A DNA stretch of 64,000 nt from a virus (IMGVR_UViG_3300044551_000118); one strand, 5' to 3'. Positions 48,180-56,945 are shown, counted from the first letter of the stretch. The notes: generated by a model from the letters alone, not told the origin. Numbers and translations are program-made.

Positions 48180-48267
48180 AAAGAGCGGAGAGCCGCTGCC
48201 GGGCCAAGTATGAGCATGCGCTTAATGTTTGTGTAGCAGCTCTCCGCTCGTCATCCTTCATGCGTCC
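48179..48267. repeat. ~90-bp hairpin element, right-flank copy (R1) of the Doc-like module
   Basis: gaaagagcggagagccgctgccgg...gcagctctccgctcgtcatccttcatgcgtcc. Related to 49533..49624, with a compensatory stem change. Confidence 0.45.
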
Positions 48268-48273
48268 GTCATC

Positions 48274-48999
48274 TCAGGGCCGAATGATGGCATGCTCCCT
48301 GAGCCACCCCGCAAGCTCCCGATCGTCGTCACTCCCGTAGTAGCGCAGCAGCATGCCGCGCACGCTCGTGTCCATTTCGGACTGAGGAATGGAGAGCACG
48401 CCCGCGCGTTCTTTGATGAGCAGATGATTGGCGAGCATGATGGCGGTGCGCTTGTTGCCGTCCGTGAACCACTGTCCCCGGCATGTCTGGCAGAACAGAG
48501 ATATGCCGCGATCAACAGGGTCGGGCACATATTCCAGATTGCCTAGGCGCATCTGGATACCCTCCAGCGACGGCGGCATCGGCTTCCATGACGTGCCCGA
48601 GATGCGCACGTCCTCCCGGCGCATGGCGCCTGGATTCGTCGTCAATCCGCCTGCTCCCAGCGTGCGGTTGTACGCGCAGGCGGTGAGCCAGTCGGCGGGC
48701 TCCTCCTCCACTGTGTCGAAGAGCTGCTGCCATGCGTGCTTGATGTTGTTGACGGTCATCACCTTGCTGGCCTGCATGGTGTGCGGCGTCACGCCCTCGA
48801 AAATCTGTTTGGTCTCCGGGAACGTGATGCCCGGCACTTCGATCCCTGCCGTTGTCCACACCAAGTCAATGACCTTGCGCTTGGCGAGTTCGATGCATGG
48901 ATTGCCCGTCTGCGATGCGGCAGGCAGCTCCGGCAGGTCGTTCGCCCCTGCGTTGGGGTCGAAATCGAATTTGCCATCAGGCCGTCTCGGCTGCGTCAT
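48274..48999 (-). CDS. Doc/Fic-family protein with shared N-terminal module (family member 3); catalytic His replaced by Gln
   Basis: N-terminus MTQPRRPDGKFDFDPNAGANDLPEL. Fido motif region 'QWFTDGNKRTAIMLANHLL' matches the Doc signature HxFx(D/N)(A/G)NKR except for Q in place of H. Confidence 0.65.
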   Translation of the reverse strand: MTQPRRPDGKFDFDPNAGANDLPELPAASQTGNPCIELAKRKVIDLVWTTAGIEVPGITFPETKQIFEGVTPHTMQASKVMTVNNIKHAWQQLFDTVEEEPADWLTACAYNRTLGAGGLTTNPGAMRREDVRISGTSWKPMPPSLEGIQMRLGNLEYVPDPVDRGISLFCQTCRGQWFTDGNKRTAIMLANHLLIKERAGVLSIPQSEMDTSVRGMLLRYYGSDDDRELAGWLREHAIIRP

Positions 49000-49523
49000 G
49001 CCGCCATCCTCTCCTTCAGGGGGATAATGATGTTCCCGTGCGCATACTCGCGCAAGGCGGCCTCATCGGGAAGCAGGGACAGATAGCGCTCCCGGTCATT
49101 CGCGGGCACGACCCATACGCCCTCGCCGCTCTGCATCGCCGCATGATTGGCGAGCAGGCCGCCCAGAACCGGGCTGTCATGCAGAACGCTTGCGATATGG
49201 ATGGCATCCCCTTCGAGAGGCACCGCAGGGAGCTTGATTCCGAGAAGTGCGGCATATCGTTTCGCAGCGTCGGCAAGCGACTCTTCATGGCAATCCGCGG
49301 CATATGAGATGCATGATGCAAGAGAGAACACCAGTGCCACATCGCCGACCGGCATGCCCTCGCTCGCCCATCCTGACGCGACGATGCCCGAGACCTGCGT
49401 GAAGCCGATCGACGGCGAGGCGAGGCAGGCCAGCCCGAAGGCCATGTCCTCCGCGCTGGAAAGGAGGAGCCGCTGGATGTCTGTGATCTGCATGCCACTC
49501 ATTCTAGCCGCCGTTCGTTTCAT
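48996..49523 (-). CDS. hypothetical protein, upstream partner of the Doc-like gene
   Basis: 175 aa. Its stop overlaps the Doc-like start (ATGA). Confidence 0.45.
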   Translation of the reverse strand: MKRTAARMSGMQITDIQRLLLSSAEDMAFGLACLASPSIGFTQVSGIVASGWASEGMPVGDVALVFSLASCISYAADCHEESLADAAKRYAALLGIKLPAVPLEGDAIHIASVLHDSPVLGGLLANHAAMQSGEGVWVVPANDRERYLSLLPDEAALREYAHGNIIIPLKERMAA

Positions 49524-49532
49524 ACCGCGATG

Positions 49533-49624
49533 AGAAAAGAGCGAAGAGCCGCTGCCGGTCGTTTTTTTGGGCGTGCGTGTCGATTCTGGGCTATGGCTCT
49601 TCGCTCGTCACCCTTCATGCGTCC
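49533..49624. repeat. ~90-bp hairpin element, left-flank copy (R2) of the Doc-like module
   Basis: gaaaagagcgaagagccgctgccgg...ggctcttcgctcgtcacccttcatgcgtcc. The stem AGAGCGAAGAGCC/GGCTCTTCGCTCG covaries with R1 (G-to-A change compensated by C-to-T). Confidence 0.45.
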
Positions 49625-49675
49625 CATCTTTCTTGACGCATATTCCATCTCAACCCAATAAAGGAGAGAAGTTTT

Positions 49676-50281
49676 ATGAAAACCAAGAAAACGCTCTGGA
49701 TCACCCTCGGCTCCATCGGAGCGGTGGTCGTCCTGCTCGTCATCTCGCTCATCGGCTCCTATAATTCGATGGCAAGCTCAAAGAACGACGTAGAGAATGC
49801 ATGGAGCCAGGTCGAGGTGAGCTACCAGCGCCGCGCCGACCTCATCCCCAATCTCGTGAAGGTCGCCCAGCAGGCATCCGTGCGCGAGCAGGATATCCTC
49901 ACCGCAGCCCTGAACGCCCGCTCCAAGGCCCTGAGCGCCAACGTCGCGCCCGGAGACGCCAATGCCCTTGCCCAGTCGCAGGCCCCTGTGGACAGCGCCC
50001 TGAGCCGCCTTCTGGCGCTCAATGAGTCGTATCCCGACTTGAAGAGCAACCGGAACTGGGAGGATCTGCAATCCCAGCTGGAGGGCACGGAGAATCGAGT
50101 GGCGGTATCCCGATCGGACTACAACGACGCGGTGCGCGGCTACAACGACCGCATCGTGCGCTTCCCCGGCAACGCGCTCGCCGGGATGTTCGGCTTTGAG
50201 AAGGTCGGATACTTCGCCGCCCAGCAGGGTGCGCAGGATGCCCCGTCCATCATGTTCGACAATCCGAGCGCGACCAAGTGA
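49676..50281 (+). CDS. lemA: LemA-family protein
   Basis: N-terminal TM and the conserved LemA core (NAWSQVEVSYQRRADLIPNLV...RYNDAV). Confidence 0.8.
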   Translation: MKTKKTLWITLGSIGAVVVLLVISLIGSYNSMASSKNDVENAWSQVEVSYQRRADLIPNLVKVAQQASVREQDILTAALNARSKALSANVAPGDANALAQSQAPVDSALSRLLALNESYPDLKSNRNWEDLQSQLEGTENRVAVSRSDYNDAVRGYNDRIVRFPGNALAGMFGFEKVGYFAAQQGAQDAPSIMFDNPSATK

Positions 50282-51042
50282 GCCGCGCTCTTCCCAGGCG
50301 GCTGATCGCCCTTGCGCTCGCCCTGCTCTCGCTCATCGCACTGGCCGCGTGCGGCGCGATCGCGGACCCGCAGGCCATTCCCAAGGCCTCCACGCTCATG
50401 CGCCCGGTGGTCGACATGACCGGCACGCTCTCGGACTCCGACATCGATGCGATATCCAAGGCCGCGGACAACAATGCGAAGAATCACACGTCCCCGCAGG
50501 TGGCGGTGCTCATGGTCGGCTCGCTGCCCGGCGGCGACACCGGGGAGCAGGCATCCCTCAAGGCCGCCCGAGCGTGGGGGATAGGCGGCAAGGGCATGAA
50601 GAACGGCGTGCTGTTCTATATCGCCAAGGACGACCACGAGATGCGGCTGGAGGTCGCGGACGGCGTGGGCGACCGCCTCACCGACCTGGAGTCCGACCGC
50701 ATCCTGGACGACCATGTGAAGCCGCTGTTCAAAAAGGACAGGTACGCCGAGGGGATCGAGACGGGGGTGAAGCTCGTGCGCGCCGAGATAGGCGGCAGGC
50801 CGGGGACGACGCACGTTGGGAGTGGGCGGAAGAGCGCCGACGCTGCGGACAAGGCGAAGGCGCCCAACATCTTCGTCGGCATACTCTCCTTCGTCCTGCT
50901 GTTCGCGCTGCTCTTCTTCATCCTGCCGTTCATCCTGCTCTTCGGCGGCTCGTCGTCAAGCTCCTCCTCGTCATCCTCCAGTGGCTCGTCGTTCGGCGGA
51001 GGCGGCGGCTTCTCGGGCGGCGGAGCATCGTCGGGCTGGTGA
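50278..51042 (+). CDS. TPM-domain (TLP18.3/Psb32/MOLO-1 phosphatase-like) protein with Gly/Ser-rich tail
   Basis: GTG start overlapping the LemA stop. 'VVDMTGTLSDSDIDAISKA...VAVLMVGSL...GVLFYIAKDDHEMRLEVADGV' matches the TPM domain. LemA-TPM gene pairs are a conserved association. Confidence 0.75.
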   Translation: MSRALPRRLIALALALLSLIALAACGAIADPQAIPKASTLMRPVVDMTGTLSDSDIDAISKAADNNAKNHTSPQVAVLMVGSLPGGDTGEQASLKAARAWGIGGKGMKNGVLFYIAKDDHEMRLEVADGVGDRLTDLESDRILDDHVKPLFKKDRYAEGIETGVKLVRAEIGGRPGTTHVGSGRKSADAADKAKAPNIFVGILSFVLLFALLFFILPFILLFGGSSSSSSSSSSSGSSFGGGGGFSGGGASSGW

Positions 51043-51107
51043 GTCCGAATAACACGAAAAGACCGACGCCGCAGATACCTCTATCTGCGGCGTCGGTCTT
51101 TTTTATG

Positions 51108-51878
51108 TCAGCCTAGAAGACGAAGTCTCGGACTGCTTTCGCAACCGTCTGCGCGATGAGCCCCCCCCTCGTCGCGGGCCGCGCTCTTGCGCATCTCGAT
51201 CATGACCGATGCCAGTCCGTGCTTCGGGTCATCGAGATTGTTGGGGACGATGGACCCCTTGAAGACCTCATTGAGACCCACGCCCAGCCCGAGGAATTCC
51301 AGTTGCTCGCCGAGCATACTCGCCAGCTCCATGCCCCGCGCGTCGCCGTTGTGCCCGAGGCATACCTGCGGGCGTCCATCGTCCGCGTGCAGCTCATAGG
51401 GCCACGGCTCGTCCGAGTAGGTGTGCACGTCGAGCAGAACGCACTGGCCGAACTGGGCGATCATGCGCTGGGCGACATGGGTCAGCATCGCATGGTAGGG
51501 CCAGTAGACCTCGGCCATGCGGTCGCGCACTTCCAGATCGTCCGGCTCCTGACCGGGCCTGTAGATGGGATCGCCGTTCTCGTCGCGCGTGTAGACGACG
51601 CCCATACCGACGGCGTTCATCTCCTCGCGCTCGTCGGGATACCGTTCGACGTCGCAATATACCCGACTGACATCGGTGCCTAGCAGCTGGCCCATGGCGC
51701 GCTGCGCGATGGTCTCGCCCACGACATCGGCGTAAGAGTCCGCGAGATTGCAGATGGTCCGCTGCGTGCGCCTGACATCCGCCAGTCGCATGGAGTCGAA
51801 ATCACGAGCGAGGCCCGCATGCGGCACGGAGACCAGCGCCGGGAAGTCGCCGAAGGAGTTCAGTGAAAGAGTCTGCAT
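51108..51878 (-). CDS. N-formylglutamate amidohydrolase-family (FGase-like) protein
   Basis: 256-aa C-terminal portion of a longer ORF. Start chosen at MQTLSLNSF. Conserved blocks VSVPHAG..., DVERYPDE..., DVHTYSDE... resemble the FGase/zinc-hydrolase family. Confidence 0.5.
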   Translation of the reverse strand: MQTLSLNSFGDFPALVSVPHAGLARDFDSMRLADVRRTQRTICNLADSYADVVGETIAQRAMGQLLGTDVSRVYCDVERYPDEREEMNAVGMGVVYTRDENGDPIYRPGQEPDDLEVRDRMAEVYWPYHAMLTHVAQRMIAQFGQCVLLDVHTYSDEPWPYELHADDGRPQVCLGHNGDARGMELASMLGEQLEFLGLGVGLNEVFKGSIVPNNLDDPKHGLASVMIEMRKSAARDEGGAHRADGCESSPRLRLLG

Positions 51879-51978
51879 GCGATGTTGTATGCGTCCGGAA
51901 AGAAGGAGAAACAGCCGCCGCGCGCGCCTGGGATATACGGATTGGATGAGGGCGGCTGTATAACTTCTCTTATGCGTC

Positions 51979-52659
51979 CTAGTCTTCCGCGACCAGCCTT
52001 GCCGCTTCGACCGCATCGTCGTACTCAACATACGGCGGATTCTCCGGCGCATTATCTGCGACCGCCATCGCCACCACGTCGGGTCGTCCCAGCCTCTCAT
52101 AATTCCACCCGTCAGGGGCGTATTCGTCATTCCACGCCACGCGGGCGACAGGCCTGAAGCCGTGGCGACCATAGAGGCTCGGCAGACCCCCTCGGATGTC
52201 GTAGCAGTCGAGCCTTCTCGCGCCCCTCTCCACGGCCTTCTCGACCAGTGCGTCGCCGCCGTGCTCGCCTTTGTACGAGAACACGGATACCAGCTCGTCG
52301 CCATCCGCGATGGCGAAGCCGGTGCGCCCGTCCTCGTCCAGATAGAGGTCGTCGCGCAGATAGTCGTCCGCGTCGTGCACATCCACCGCCGAAGCCATCG
52401 GATTGTTCTCCTTGAGCGCCGCGATGCGATCGCGAAACAATTCGGCGTTCTCCGGCGTGGCGTCCAGCTTGAAGAAGAGCTTCGGCGATGCGCTGGGAGC
52501 CGCGCCGTCCAGACTCACGCCGCCTACAGGCTCGCACGGGACCTTGTTTCCGCCGATGCTCAGGTACGCCTTGCGCGGGTTCAGGCTCGGGAGGTCGGAT
52601 GCCCCCGCGTTCGGGTCGAAATCGAATTGCCCGTTGGGCTTCCTAGGCTGATTGGTCAT
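51979..52659 (-). CDS. GNAT-family N-acetyltransferase with shared N-terminal module (family member 4)
   Basis: N-terminus MTNQPRKPNGQFDFDPNAGASDLPSL. C-terminal region shows a GNAT fold pattern (..VSVFSY...GDALVEKAVERGARRLDCYD...LYGRHGFRPV). Confidence 0.6.
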   Translation of the reverse strand: MTNQPRKPNGQFDFDPNAGASDLPSLNPRKAYLSIGGNKVPCEPVGGVSLDGAAPSASPKLFFKLDATPENAELFRDRIAALKENNPMASAVDVHDADDYLRDDLYLDEDGRTGFAIADGDELVSVFSYKGEHGGDALVEKAVERGARRLDCYDIRGGLPSLYGRHGFRPVARVAWNDEYAPDGWNYERLGRPDVVAMAVADNAPENPPYVEYDDAVEAARLVAED

Positions 52660-52691
52660 GCCGTCGCGCTATGCGAGCGGCGGCATGCGTT

Positions 52692-52919
52692 CTACTCGAA
52701 GTGGACGACCTGCCAGATGCCGAGCGGCTCCATGCTCTCCGCCGTCACGATGGCCTCCGTCTCGCTCTCACAGTCGAGCGCTGCGGTGCGGATGCCATAT
52801 TCGGCGTCCTCGCGGCTCAGCGTATCGGGGTACTGGGCCATGATCTCCTCGACCCGCTTGGCGACCGCTTTTTCGATGGCGGGCGTGCTTTCTTTGAGTC
52901 CCACTCGGTTCGTCATATT
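52692..52919 (-). CDS. hypothetical small acidic protein upstream of the GNAT gene
   Basis: 75 aa from MTNRVGLK; the ORF may extend to 53030. Ends 33 nt before the GNAT start. Confidence 0.35.
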   Translation of the reverse strand, partial: NMTNRVGLKESTPAIEKAVAKRVEEIMAQYPDTLSREDAEYGIRTAALDCESETEAIVTAESMEPLGIWQVVHFE

Positions 52920-53313
52920 CGTTCCTTTCGTTTCCGCATCATATGCGTCCTGCAATCCAAGGCCGTTGCCTGGCTCCAGCCTATCATTTTCGCTCTGGAC
53001 GCATTCCCGGTATGCTAACCCGTAGAACATAGGGAAAGATTACGAAAAGGAGTGCAGAAAGCGTGGCAAAGCCCTCCCAGCCGTGCGCGAGGCGTTCGGA
53101 GAGCCTGGTCTCGAATTCCTCGAAGCCGGTCGAGTATGCGACGTCGATGTCGCGGCAGACAAGGCCGCCCACGGGCCGCAGGGCCGCCAGCCGAAGGGCG
53201 CTCCCGGAGGAATCGGCGGACGGTTCGCCTAGCGTCGCTCTGAGCGCCTAGCTGCGGCTGATGCTGCAATGATGCCCGGCGTTGCCATCAGGCCTGGAGT
53301 TTGCACCCGTCGC

Positions 53314-53676
53314 ATGACAGAGTATGTGCATCCAGCGCATAGCGCGAATCCCATGAGACTCTTCCTGTGCTCCGCCCAGCCGTACATCGCCAGCATGTTC
53401 CTGCTCGCGATCGTCGTCTACATACTGCACGTCCAGCCGCATCATCGCTCAGCGCCCGCGTGGCTGAACGCCGCCATGGCGCTCTCGGCGCTGGGCATGG
53501 GCTCCTGCGAGCTGACCATCGATCTCACGGGCTATCCCATCGCCATCCCCGCGGCGCTGGCATTCTTCGCGCTGTCCGCCGTCATGGGACGGATGGCGTT
53601 TCGTCAGCTCTTCGGGCCGAGCGCCGCGTCCAGCCGCGCCGTGAAGCCGTCCAGCGACTTCGCGTCCCGCTCGTAG
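53314..53676 (+). CDS. hypothetical membrane protein
   Basis: Three predicted TM helices. Start uncertain (53269 or 53314). Confidence 0.3.
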   Translation: MTEYVHPAHSANPMRLFLCSAQPYIASMFLLAIVVYILHVQPHHRSAPAWLNAAMALSALGMGSCELTIDLTGYPIAIPAALAFFALSAVMGRMAFRQLFGPSAASSRAVKPSSDFASRS

Positions 53677-54060
53677 CCCGCCTTCGCCGCATCTGTGCCC
53701 ACGGTGCAGTCGCGCGACTTCGGAGCCGGCACCGGCTTCTCGACCAGCGAGACGACCGCGCCCATGTCCTTCACGTCCGCATCGAGCGACTGCACGGCCT
53801 TCACGCCCCTGCCGTACGCCGCGTTCGCTCGGTCATAGGATGCCGACGTGAGGGCGCCTGCGGACGCGCATGCGGAGATGGAGGCGCGGAGTGCGGTCTC
53901 ATGGCGCGCCGCGGCGTACAGATGCCAGCCGCCGACGCCCAATGCCAGCGCCAGCACGGCCAGGACCGCCCCGAGGCGCAGGGCGAATCGCCAGCGGCGG
54001 TCGCGTCGCTCGATGCGGTAGTCGTTGAGGCCGCGGGCCAGCGCCCGCTCGAAGCTATCC
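53604..54060 (-). CDS. hypothetical membrane-anchored protein
   Basis: TM segment FALRLGAVLAVLALALGVGGW followed by a ~110-aa soluble domain. The N-terminal part of the 235-aa ORF is Arg/Ser-rich and overlaps the next gene out of frame. Start approximate. Confidence 0.3.
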
Positions 54061-54327
54061 AACGCTCTGCCTTCTGAGCGAATACTCGACGACCGCGCCA
54101 TCGCGCGTCCGATCGAAGAGCTCATGCCCCCGCTTCGAGATCTCCAGCGCATGCATGACCGCCTCGGGGGCCGTGCGGATGTCCAGGCGCGGGCGATGCA
54201 CTGCATCGGCCCACTGGTTCTGGATGACCGTGAGCTCCACGCGATTCGCGCTGGACACCTGCCATGACTGGCGTTCGATGCGATGCGCGACGACGAAGGC
54301 AGCGGCGACATCTGCGAGCGATCTCAT
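54055..54327 (-). CDS. hypothetical protein
   Basis: 90 aa. ATGA-type coupling with the upstream small membrane protein. Confidence 0.35.
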   Translation of the reverse strand: MRSLADVAAAFVVAHRIERQSWQVSSANRVELTVIQNQWADAVHRPRLDIRTAPEAVMHALEISKRGHELFDRTRDGAVVEYSLRRQSVG

Positions 54328-54524
54328 GATGCGCTCCCTTTGCCCATGCGAATCTCTCGAATGCCTCCGCGCGTGACGATGGCGACCACGGTTCCCGAGA
54401 ACAGGAAGAACCCGGCGCTCAGCGCATCCTGCCAGCGGTCCGATGCGAGATAGAGAACCGCGTTCATGGCGGCGGCGGCGAACAGCAGAGCGATGACGGC
54501 GAAGCAGACGAGATAGTAGCGCAT
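54324..54524 (-). CDS. hypothetical small membrane protein
   Basis: 66 aa with two TM helices. Confidence 0.35.
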   Translation of the reverse strand: MRYYLVCFAVIALLFAAAAMNAVLYLASDRWQDALSAGFFLFSGTVVAIVTRGGIREIRMGKGSAS

Positions 54525-54872
54525 CTATCGCGCCTCCCGGATGTCGAGCTTCACGACGTTGCGATGCGAGACCTCAAGCGGCTCCGCATGCGGCTCAGGA
54601 TGCTCCAGCCCGCCGAGCATCGCCAGGCATTCGGCATCCGAGTACGTGCCATCCCCATAGCCGCCGCCGATGAGGTTGATGGCGCCGCGCACGCCCTGCT
54701 CGAGGTCGGCGACGGAGTACATGAGCTCGCCCTTGGGGTGGAAGGGCCACTGGTGCGTGAGCACGACGTAGCGCTCTCCCCGCGCGCGGACATCCCACCA
54801 GTAGCTGGATTCTGATTCGGGGATGGCGAAGCGCACCTGCCTCGCATCCTGCGGCATTTCAATGTTGGTCAT
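54525..54872 (-). CDS. hypothetical protein
   Basis: 115 aa. First gene of a four-gene minus-strand operon, preceded by an ATATGCGTCGG box. Confidence 0.45.
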   Translation of the reverse strand: MTNIEMPQDARQVRFAIPESESSYWWDVRARGERYVVLTHQWPFHPKGELMYSVADLEQGVRGAINLIGGGYGDGTYSDAECLAMLGGLEHPEPHAEPLEVSHRNVVKLDIREAR

Positions 54873-54905
54873 GAAAGAATATATGCGTCGGCGGTTGCTC
54901 TTGTC

Positions 54906-55622
54906 TTAGAGCACCCTCCGTATCACATACCCGCCCGGGAACACATTGCCCACCGTGTTCACGCGGGTGCCGGCGCCCGGTGTCTCGGCGCCGATCTCCA
55001 TGCCGTTGCCGATGTAGATGGCGGCATGATGGCTGTTGGCGAGGATGTCGCCGGGCTTCGCGTCCGCCAGCGAGGCGACCGCGACGCCCGCTCCCGCCTG
55101 CGCCCCCGAGTAATGCGGGAGGCCCACGCCGAAATGCGCGAACACGTACATGACGAACCCCGAGCAATCCCAGCCGGAGGGCGTCGTGCCGCCCCAGGCA
55201 TACGGAGCGCCCTGGAAGCCCAGCGCGAACGCCGCGGGCGACGCGCCGTCGGGTACGGGCACAGGAGCCGCAGATGCGCTGGATGGAGCCGCAGGGGGCG
55301 TCTCAAGCGGCTCTCTTTCGGCGGAGCGGCTGGCTGCCTGCGCGGCCTCGCGCTCGCGCTGCGCTCTCTCGGCGGCAGCCTTCTCCGCCGCCCTCTCGTC
55401 CGTGCTCTTGGTGTGCGGGACGTTCAGCGGCTCAAGCCCGCCCCAGCTTCCCGTCACGCTCGTGGCGGTCGACTCGGCGAGCAGATCGCGCTTCGGCTGC
55501 ACCGCCGCGAACGACCGAACGGAGGACACGGGGCCGGATGACGGCGCGGCCATCGCCGTCATGGGCAGGCACAAGGCGATCGCCGCAGGGAGCGCGAGCA
55601 GCGCCTTCTTCGCATGGTTCAT
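54906..55622 (-). CDS. secreted NlpC/P60-family peptidoglycan endopeptidase
   Basis: Signal peptide (MNHAKKALLALPAAIALCLPMTAMA) and a Glu/Ala/Arg-rich coiled region. C-terminal 'APYAWGGTTPSGWDCSGFVMYVF...H...' is the NlpC/P60 Cys-His core. Confidence 0.75.
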   Translation of the reverse strand: MNHAKKALLALPAAIALCLPMTAMAAPSSGPVSSVRSFAAVQPKRDLLAESTATSVTGSWGGLEPLNVPHTKSTDERAAEKAAAERAQREREAAQAASRSAEREPLETPPAAPSSASAAPVPVPDGASPAAFALGFQGAPYAWGGTTPSGWDCSGFVMYVFAHFGVGLPHYSGAQAGAGVAVASLADAKPGDILANSHHAAIYIGNGMEIGAETPGAGTRVNTVGNVFPGGYVIRRVL

Positions 55623-55699
55623 GGTTGGGCCTATGCGTCGGCATGTGACGCATATGGGACGAAATGAACGATTTCTCGATTTCCATGATTTTTGCGGCG

Positions 55700-56125
55700 A
55701 GGCCACTCCTCCCCTTGTGGGCGTGAGAGGAATCGCCGCCTCCTTGCTCCCCCATATGCGCCCCCGCTCTGACGCATACATGCACTCATGAAGCGGAAGA
55801 GCCTGAGCGCCAAGCGGCGGGAGAGTGCATCCTCAAGCCCTCGCGTGCGCGTGCTCAACATGCCTCTCGGCTTCACCGAGGAGCAGTTCTCGCTTCTCAT
55901 GCGCGCAGCCGATCTCTACGGTCGCTGCTGGCGGTCGATAACGGAGTGGTGCTGCGCCCATGAGTCGGCATCGCGCAAGACGGTGCATGAGGCAAATTAC
56001 TACAGGCTGCGAGAAGCGTATCCCGAGCTTCCCGCCCAGTTCGTCATCCGCGCCATAGCTTCGGCCTTAGGCGCGGTCAGGAGCTGGAACTCCGACCATC
56101 CAAGGAGGAAGTGGCGGCATAAGAA
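55700..56125 (+). mobile_element. tnpB: IS200/IS605-family remnant: left-end-like hairpin plus 5' fragment of tnpB, copy 2
   Basis: MKRKSLSAKRRESASSSPRVRVLNMPLGFTEEQFSLLMRAADLYGRCWRSITEW...ANYYRLREAYPELPAQFVIRAIASALGAVRSWNS matches TnpB N-terminal blocks and then degenerates. ~85% nucleotide identity to copy 1. Ends at a hairpin (56120..56168). Confidence 0.55.
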
Positions 56126-56189
56126 GGCCCCTGCGCGTCGAAGTCAAAACGACGTGCAGGGGCCTTCTTATGCCGTTACGACGAAAGCC

Positions 56190-56735
56190 TCAGCCCTTGG
56201 CGTTGTAGTCCGCAGCCAGCGCGTTGAGTGCAGTGAAGAGCTTGTTCACATATACGCACGGGCCGATAATGGCGAGCAGATCGAGAGCGAACCAGCCGGG
56301 AGCCACGAGATTTGCCAGCAGTGACACCGGCACCGAGACGATGAGCGCCCACAGCACGCTCCACAGCCAGTAATCACGGGCGGACACGGTACGCTCCAGA
56401 CCGCGCCGTGCCAGCTCGTCGCCGATGCGGTTCGAGAAGTTGTTGTACCACACCAGCCCGGCGATGCCGAGCGTGATCGGGGAGACGAGGAACGCCAGCA
56501 GGCAATAATGCATGGTCCGCTTGCCGTCATGCGCGGCGATGTTGACGGTGTTCGCGCTCTCGGTCAAGACAACGATATCGTAGATCCCGAGCGTGAGAAT
56601 GCCGAACCCGAGGTACTTGAGCAGCGTGCGGTTCGTCTTACGCGGCGCGATGGGAGCCGTGGAAGCAGAAGCCGCTACCGGTGCGCCTGCAGGCGGGGTC
56701 GGCGGTTCGAGCGGGATGGGATTGGCTTCGGTCAT
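56190..56735 (-). CDS. DUF4234-like small membrane protein
   Basis: Start chosen at MTEANPIPLE. 'LLKYLGFGILTLGIYDIVVL' and repeated TM helices match the DUF4234 pattern. Confidence 0.45.
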   Translation of the reverse strand: MTEANPIPLEPPTPPAGAPVAASASTAPIAPRKTNRTLLKYLGFGILTLGIYDIVVLTESANTVNIAAHDGKRTMHYCLLAFLVSPITLGIAGLVWYNNFSNRIGDELARRGLERTVSARDYWLWSVLWALIVSVPVSLLANLVAPGWFALDLLAIIGPCVYVNKLFTALNALAADYNAKG

Positions 56736-56945
56736 AGGGTCTTCTTTCCTTGGATGCAGGGCGTTCAGCTCAGATGCGGAACGCCCTGCATGGAATATGG
56801 CTATGCGCTGCTGGACGCATGACAAGAGACAAGCCGCCCGCCCAAAGCGTGCACGAACGCCCGAAAGATCTTCGGCGGACGACCTTATGCAACAAGAGGC
56901 CCCCTGCGGAAATCGCTTCCGCAGGGGGCCTCCGTCTCTCCGCTA

